This document shows, piece by piece, positions 27,437-32,000 of a DNA stretch of 32,000 bases. The stretch lies in the NCBI GenBank assembly GCA_030167145.1, contig CP126532.1:450001-482000 (forward strand). Reading direction: 5' to 3'. The notes below the pieces were generated by a model. The model worked only from the letters and a program-made list of their open reading frames with translations. It ran no database searches and was not told the DNA's origin. Every line of letters starts with the position of its first letter. Positions within the stretch are counted from its first letter, which is position 1. The position numbers were made by a program, and so were the translations under genes. Source of the stretch: Ktedonobacterales bacterium. Its GTDB lineage: Bacteria; Chloroflexota; Ktedonobacteria; Ktedonobacterales; JADMIN01.

Positions 27437-28057
27437 GTGGATCTTTCAAGGCTTTTCGGACAAAAACAAACTAGTGCGCCAACTGAGAAGCGTCCAGATG
27501 GGCGCGACCGCTTGCCGCCAGGACAATACCACACGAAAAAGTGGCCAATTCTGAGCTATGAGAAGACGCCTCGCTTTGACCCGACTTCGTATCAGTTCAA
27601 AGTCTGGGGCGCAGTCGAAAATCCAATCCAGTTGACCTGGGACGAACTCCTTGCGCTGCCGCGCACCACGCTCACTACCGATTTCCATTGCGTTACCACA
27701 TGGAGCCGCTATGACAATGAGTGGGAAGGTGTCCATATCCGCGAGATTCTGGGCCGCGTCAAGCCTACCAGTGAGGCGCATTTCGTCACAGCACACTCTT
27801 TCACGGGGTACACCACCAACATGCCCCTTACTGCCCTCGACGATGACGACGTCATGATCGTCTTCAGGCATGATGGCCAGGATCTGGAACCAGACCATGG
27901 TGGTCCCGTGCGGCTGCTCGTCCCGAAGCTCTACGCCTACAAGAGCGCTAAGTGGCTCAATGGTCTGGAATTCATGGAGAACGATCGCCCTGGCTTCTGG
28001 GAGATTCGTGGCTATAGCAACAGCGCAGACCCATGGAACGAAGAGCGTTACTGGTAG
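27437..28057 (+). CDS. Sulfite-oxidase-like molybdopterin-dependent oxidoreductase (small bacterial type)
   Basis: FHCVTTWS (Mo-ligand Cys) and GGPVRLLVP..Y..KS.KW. I prefer GTG 27437 (AGGAG 7 nt upstream) over the TTG at 27380 used by the track. Confidence 0.8.
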   Translation: MDLSRLFGQKQTSAPTEKRPDGRDRLPPGQYHTKKWPILSYEKTPRFDPTSYQFKVWGAVENPIQLTWDELLALPRTTLTTDFHCVTTWSRYDNEWEGVHIREILGRVKPTSEAHFVTAHSFTGYTTNMPLTALDDDDVMIVFRHDGQDLEPDHGGPVRLLVPKLYAYKSAKWLNGLEFMENDRPGFWEIRGYSNSADPWNEERYW

Positions 28058-28150
28058 TTGGCATTCTACGCCGCCAGCACCAAAATCTTCGCGAAGTGAA
28101 GAATGATGACGCTGGCGGTAGCAGATGTCACAGCAATCGGCTATGCAATG

Positions 28151-28891
28151 CTAGCTCGCGCGCCGTGCCCGCTGATATTCGCCGCTCAGTTGGGTAAGCA
28201 GTTCGCGTGCCTGCGCATAGCTCAGATCGCCCACTGGCTCCGGTTTACCGAGCGCTTCGCAGAGCTTGTGGATGCTTGTCACCTGCTTTTCCGTCGCGCG
28301 TGGCTCCTCGCCAACCAACTCGGTGGCTGGGGTCTCGCGCAGCACTCGCGCCTGCATTTCGCGATCGAGGCCTGTATTTGGCTTGATCACTCCGGTACCA
28401 GTGGGTTTGGGTAACTTTGCCCTCAGTTCACGCAGGACCGCATCCGGAATCCGCCCGTTCTTTTCAACTGATACCCAATTCATCGGTAGATTATACAGAT
28501 ACCGACCAATGCCCCAATGCACCGCCGCACGCTTGAAGCAATGTGATACGGCTCCTAGGGTCTGCTCGAAGTTGCTTGCCGATCCAGCATCAGACTTCGA
28601 CACACCCATTATGGTGAGGGTACCCTTCGCGACCATCACCTCGCCTTTATCAATCACTAGCGGTATCCAGTCAAAAGACCAGTTTCCCGCACCTACAACC
28701 TCGTCCAATCGATCCTGTACAGCACGGGCATCAATGTAGGCAACAACTTGTGCCCTGCCTGTCTGTTCGTTCGCCCTGCCCTGTACACGAAAATCCACTT
28801 CGGTTGGATCGAATGGCTCTTGGAGACGTTGGGAAATGTTGTTCCATTCGTCTCTGTTCAATATTTCCATCTTCATGTCCAAACCATTCAT
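28151..28891 (-). CDS. Rad52/Rad22-family (DdrA-like) ssDNA-binding/annealing protein with a C-terminal extension
   Basis: LQEPFDP..V.FR, AYIDARAVQDRLDEVVG.GNWSF, KGTLTI.GVSK.D.G and KRAAV.WGIGRYLYNLP match the Rad52-family N-terminal domain pattern. GGAGGT RBS. Confidence 0.75.
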   Translation of the reverse strand: MNGLDMKMEILNRDEWNNISQRLQEPFDPTEVDFRVQGRANEQTGRAQVVAYIDARAVQDRLDEVVGAGNWSFDWIPLVIDKGEVMVAKGTLTIMGVSKSDAGSASNFEQTLGAVSHCFKRAAVHWGIGRYLYNLPMNWVSVEKNGRIPDAVLRELRAKLPKPTGTGVIKPNTGLDREMQARVLRETPATELVGEEPRATEKQVTSIHKLCEALGKPEPVGDLSYAQARELLTQLSGEYQRARRAS

Positions 28892-28979
28892 CTACTACCT
28901 CCAATAGGTGACTGGACAGTGACAACATTCTAATCGTCGCAAGACCTTTCTTTCCGAAACAGCTAGAACCGGACGAAAT

Positions 28980-28997
28980 ATAGAACCTAGGTTCTAT
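28980..28997. promoter_or_regulatory. Predicted LexA operator: perfect 18-bp palindrome
   Basis: ATAGAACCTAGGTTCTAT has the core AGAAC-N4-GTTCT, the same core as the box at lexA in this window. It sits in the divergent intergenic region. Confidence 0.7.
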
Positions 28998-29024
28998 GAT
29001 CATACTGTAGTCTCGTCCGATCAA
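28996..29024 (-). promoter_or_regulatory. Candidate promoter of the Rad52-like gene, abutting the LexA box
   Basis: On the minus strand: TTGATC (29024-29019), 17 nt, then GATCAT (29001-28996), with the box immediately downstream. Confidence 0.4.
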
Positions 29025-29197
29025 GCTGATATCTGATACAAACTAATTTACTGAGTTTCCAACGAAATGAGGAAAAGAGACCCCCGAATCTCCTTTCGAG
29101 CGGAATAGGGCCTTAGAGCATCTTGATTTGATAAGGCCTCAGGTGCATATACTAGCTCTACAGCCGAGTAATACAGTGCTCAACTGGAGAAGATGCG

Positions 29198-30271
29198 ATG
29201 ACAAAGGTCGTACTCCGACGTGGTATAGGCGACAGCATTCTCATTGAATTCCCATATGACGCAGTACTAGTATCCAAGGTCAAGACATTGCCGGGAAGAA
29301 TTTGGCTTCCAGAACAGAGAGTATGGAGCGTTCCCAGTAACGAGAACCCTTTATCAAAGCTGCGGAATCTCTTCCAAGGGCATACCGTAGAAGTAGCAGC
29401 AGATCTAACCCCCGAAATAACGGAGATGATCAGACGAGATATTATCGACTATTTGATTCTGCTGCCTTCGCCATTTCATGGCCGACTCGAAATTACCCAG
29501 TTTCTCTCGCGAATCTGGGACCTTTCTGCCATGCCATCTACAGATGGACGTTTTCACAACGCGGAGGGGGACATATGGCAACACATGGTGAACAACCAGG
29601 ATTGGGATGAGGCCTATCTCCTCTACAAGTACATGGAAGTACTGCGCTGCGATACTGTCACATTTCTGAAGTTTCTTGAAGAGTGCGTGCATCCAATTGT
29701 GCGTCCCGATGAGGCGCAGAGTGCCAGCGTTGTGGCGGCACTCAATGATATGCTCGCGGCAGACGGATACCGTTTGGGAGTACAACAACTCATCTCCGGG
29801 AAGCCTGTCTACAAATGCTTCCTAATTCCTGATAACGCTCAAGAAACGGCGAGTGATGGACCATATGATGTAGTTCTCTCGTATGCAGGCGAAGAAGAAG
29901 AATACGTAACTCGAGTAGCTCAATTTCTACAGGTCCGGGGTATTCGTGTGTTCTTCGCACCCAATAAGGAGCACGAAATATGGGGAAAGGACTTGACTGA
30001 GTATTTGGATCAAATCTATCGCGGTGATGCCAAATTCTGCGTCATGTTCATTTCGCAGAATTACGCTGCAAAAGTTTGGCCAACCCATGAAAGGCGTAGC
30101 GCGCTTGCGAAGGCGGTAAGCGCAAAGGAAGAGTATTTACTCCCTGCGCGATTCGACGATACAGCGATCCCGGGATTATCGCCTTCCATTGCCTACATTG
30201 ACCTGCGCAAGAAGACGCCCGAAGAGCTAGGCGACATCATCCTCCGCAAACTAGGAAAAAGAAGTTACTAA
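29198..30271 (+). CDS. Three-module protein: HARP-like N-terminal domain, unknown helical domain, C-terminal TIR domain
   Basis: GGAGAAG RBS with a 5-nt spacer. TIR hallmarks run from about aa 222: YDVVLSYAGEEEE, IRVFF, FCVMFISQNYAAKVWPTHE (Glu298), LLPARFDD. The N-terminus SILIEFPYDAVLVSKVKTLPGRIWLPEQRVWSVP fits the HARP-type pattern. The gene is visibly more AT-rich than its neighbours. Confidence 0.8.
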   Translation: MTKVVLRRGIGDSILIEFPYDAVLVSKVKTLPGRIWLPEQRVWSVPSNENPLSKLRNLFQGHTVEVAADLTPEITEMIRRDIIDYLILLPSPFHGRLEITQFLSRIWDLSAMPSTDGRFHNAEGDIWQHMVNNQDWDEAYLLYKYMEVLRCDTVTFLKFLEECVHPIVRPDEAQSASVVAALNDMLAADGYRLGVQQLISGKPVYKCFLIPDNAQETASDGPYDVVLSYAGEEEEYVTRVAQFLQVRGIRVFFAPNKEHEIWGKDLTEYLDQIYRGDAKFCVMFISQNYAAKVWPTHERRSALAKAVSAKEEYLLPARFDDTAIPGLSPSIAYIDLRKKTPEELGDIILRKLGKRSY

Positions 30272-30316
30272 GGCATCTCCTCTCATTCGTGTGGTTTTCG
30301 CCGCCAGCTCGTATGA

Positions 30317-30345
30317 TTGACAGCAGCGGGCAGGAATGCTAGCAT
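30317..30345 (+). promoter_or_regulatory. Promoter upstream of the E2 gene
   Basis: TTGACA, 17 nt, then TAGCAT. This would give a leader of about 200 nt. Confidence 0.55.
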
Positions 30346-30555
30346 AGTAAGGTGCGCGCAGTATCAGAAGAACATCGTCGAGGTCATGTTGTCTCATCTT
30401 ACGTGAGATCAGTTCTCACTGCGCGATTGCATCTACATAACCAGATGTCAACCTTTCTCTGCCGTGGCGTTACCCAACACACAATGACGTGTGTGGCCGC
30501 CAGAGCGCTGGCCTACCGCGCCAGCACAACGCAGTGCAACAAGAGGAGCGCATGT

Positions 30556-31863
30556 ATGGCGACCAAGATCACTATGCCCCAACTGGGCGAGTCGGTCAGT
30601 GAAGGCACGATTGGACGGTGGCTGAAAAACGAAGGCGACACGGTCAAGAAAGATGAGTCACTCGTCGAAATCATCACGGACAAAGTGACCGCTGAATTAC
30701 CCTCACCCGTCTCAGGACGCCTCGCGAAGATCCTGGTCAAAGAAGATGAGACGGTGAAAGTTGGCGCTGATATTGCCGAGATCGAAGAGCAAGCCAGTTC
30801 CGGTGGCACGCCCATATCCTCAGCGTCTTCCACATCTTCTGCCGGTACGTCTGCTGCCTCCGTTTCCGGTACCTCGGCGATGACAGCGACAGCAGTCACC
30901 AGTAATGCCCCACAGAGCAACGGCGCCAGCGCTGCGCGCGCTACCGCTGTTCAAGAGAAAGTCTCTCCGTTGGCACGGCGTCTCGCCCAGGAGCACAACG
31001 TTGACCTGAACGAGATTGTCGGCACAGGTGAAAATGGCCGCGTTCGCAAAGAAGACATCCTTGCGTATGTCGCCCAGCGCCAGACCATGCCGCACTCCAC
31101 CGTCACGGCGCCACCACTGGCGACACCGCCCATATCACCTGCTCCGCCAATCGCGGCGGTCGCTGGCGACCAACTGATCACACCTACGCCCGCACGCCGC
31201 GCCATCGCCGAACATATGGTCCGCAGCAAGCATACTTCCCCGCACGCCATTACGGTGTTCGAGGTGGATATGACAAATCTGTCACGCTGGCTGGACCGGA
31301 ACAAGGACGAGTTCAAGCGTCGCGAGGGTGTCGGCATTGGCTATCAAACCTTTGCCATCAAGGCCGCCGTTGAGGCGCTGAAAGAGCATCAGTATCTCAA
31401 TTCATCGTGGACGGAAGATGGTAAGATTTTGCTTCGCAAGCAAATCAACATCGGCGTCTCCATCGCCCTCGAAAACAATCTGGTGGTCCCAGTGATCCGC
31501 AACGCCGATACGCTCAGTGTCGCGGGCATCGCCCGCGCAGTCGCTGATCTTGTCAGCCGTGCCCGAAGCAATAAGCTCATGCCCACCGATCTCCAGGGCG
31601 CAACGTTCACTGTGAATAATCCTGGGGTGTTTGGTACGCTCATTTCAATGGCGATTATCAATCAGCCCAACGCCGCGATCCTCACTATGGATAGTGTCGT
31701 GAAGCGTCCCGTTATAGTGGACGATGCCATTGCCATCCGCCAGATGATGTATATGTCCCTCTCCTTCGATCATCGCATCCTGGATGGTCTCTCAGCCGCT
31801 CAATTCATGAGCGCCGTGAAGCGTCGCATCGAATCCTGGGAACCTGACGCCGACATCTATTAG
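30556..31863 (+). CDS. 2-oxoacid dehydrogenase E2 component (dihydrolipoamide acyltransferase)
   Basis: The ATG at 30556 follows AAGAGGAG. Has a lipoyl domain (ITDKV with the lipoyl-Lys), an Ala/Ser/Thr linker, an E3-binding domain (SPLARRLAQEHNVDLNEIVGTGENGRVRKEDI) and the catalytic motif SLSFDHRILDG. Substrate class is not assignable. Confidence 0.9.
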   Translation: MATKITMPQLGESVSEGTIGRWLKNEGDTVKKDESLVEIITDKVTAELPSPVSGRLAKILVKEDETVKVGADIAEIEEQASSGGTPISSASSTSSAGTSAASVSGTSAMTATAVTSNAPQSNGASAARATAVQEKVSPLARRLAQEHNVDLNEIVGTGENGRVRKEDILAYVAQRQTMPHSTVTAPPLATPPISPAPPIAAVAGDQLITPTPARRAIAEHMVRSKHTSPHAITVFEVDMTNLSRWLDRNKDEFKRREGVGIGYQTFAIKAAVEALKEHQYLNSSWTEDGKILLRKQINIGVSIALENNLVVPVIRNADTLSVAGIARAVADLVSRARSNKLMPTDLQGATFTVNNPGVFGTLISMAIINQPNAAILTMDSVVKRPVIVDDAIAIRQMMYMSLSFDHRILDGLSAAQFMSAVKRRIESWEPDADIY

Positions 31864-31870
31864 CAAACAT

Positions 31871-31902
31871 GAAGCCCGCTAGCCAATATGCTAGTGGGCT
31901 TC
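31871..31902 (+). terminator. Hairpin after the E2 gene
   Basis: GAAGCCCGCTAGC, loop CAATAT, GCTAGTGGGCTTC (13-bp stem with one G:U). It is followed by an A run rather than a T run. Confidence 0.45.
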
Positions 31903-32000
31903 AAAATAAGACCAACCCAATAAAGACGAACGTGTATGATACCCCCATACACTGCGCACGTATGGGACGGTGTACGCCATTGTACGCCGGGCCTGAACCT

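Noticed and set aside
28066-28121. Possible bidirectional terminator between the Mo-oxidoreductase and Rad52-like genes (CTACGCCGCCAGC ... GCTGGCGGTAG, with an inner CTTCGCGAAG palindrome)
   Set aside because: The outer stem needs a 2-nt bulge and encloses a ~32-nt loop with no U tract. This is too weak to list as a feature.
28151-30271. Interpretation of the Rad52-like gene as part of a prophage recombination module
   Set aside because: I could find no integrase, exonuclease, SSB, terminase, capsid or repressor genes and no att-like repeats in the 32-kb window. A remnant cannot be excluded without the wider genome, so this is noted in the findings rather than called a mobile element.

Overview
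This is a GC-rich bacterial chromosomal window, about 65% G+C in sampled housekeeping lines. Strong GGAGG-type ribosome-binding sites and a GAAC-N4-GTTC LexA operator suggest a Terrabacteria lineage. My unverified guess is Chloroflexota, Ktedonobacteria-like.

Most of the window is housekeeping. In order:
- ppdK, a hypothetical gene, tRNA-Ala(GGC) and leuS
- a dual-specificity-phosphatase protein
- a DksA/TraR-like gene, lspA and rluD
- a membrane protein, a HIT protein and a membrane-anchored P-loop/helical-repeat NTPase
- tRNA-Gly, tRNA-Cys and tRNA-Arg
- an M19 dipeptidase
- a minus-strand run of thyX, tmk, lexA and a PAS/GAF histidine kinase, with a divergent dCMP deaminase
- DUF59, DUF2249 and cupin genes
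- an alkyltransferase-like (ATL) protein lacking the active-site Cys, a GNAT and a small basic protein
- a CocE/NonD hydrolase, CoxG-like, SDR and Mo-oxidoreductase genes
- an orphan 2-oxoacid dehydrogenase E2 at the right end

I saw no rRNA, CRISPR array, transposase or integrase.

The most interesting locus is 28151-30271. It is an AT-richer divergent gene pair: a Rad52/DdrA-like ssDNA-annealing protein and a three-module protein (HARP-like N-terminus, unknown helical domain, C-terminal TIR). A perfect 18-bp palindrome containing the same GAAC-N4-GTTC core as the operator at this window's own lexA promoter lies between them. This suggests an SOS-controlled repair and NADase module that I cannot match to a described system.

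The second notable item is an ~84-aa in-frame insertion in LeuRS, built from five nucleotide-identical 21-nt repeats, at the entry to the CP1 editing domain.

All domain calls come from motifs read by eye. No database search was possible.
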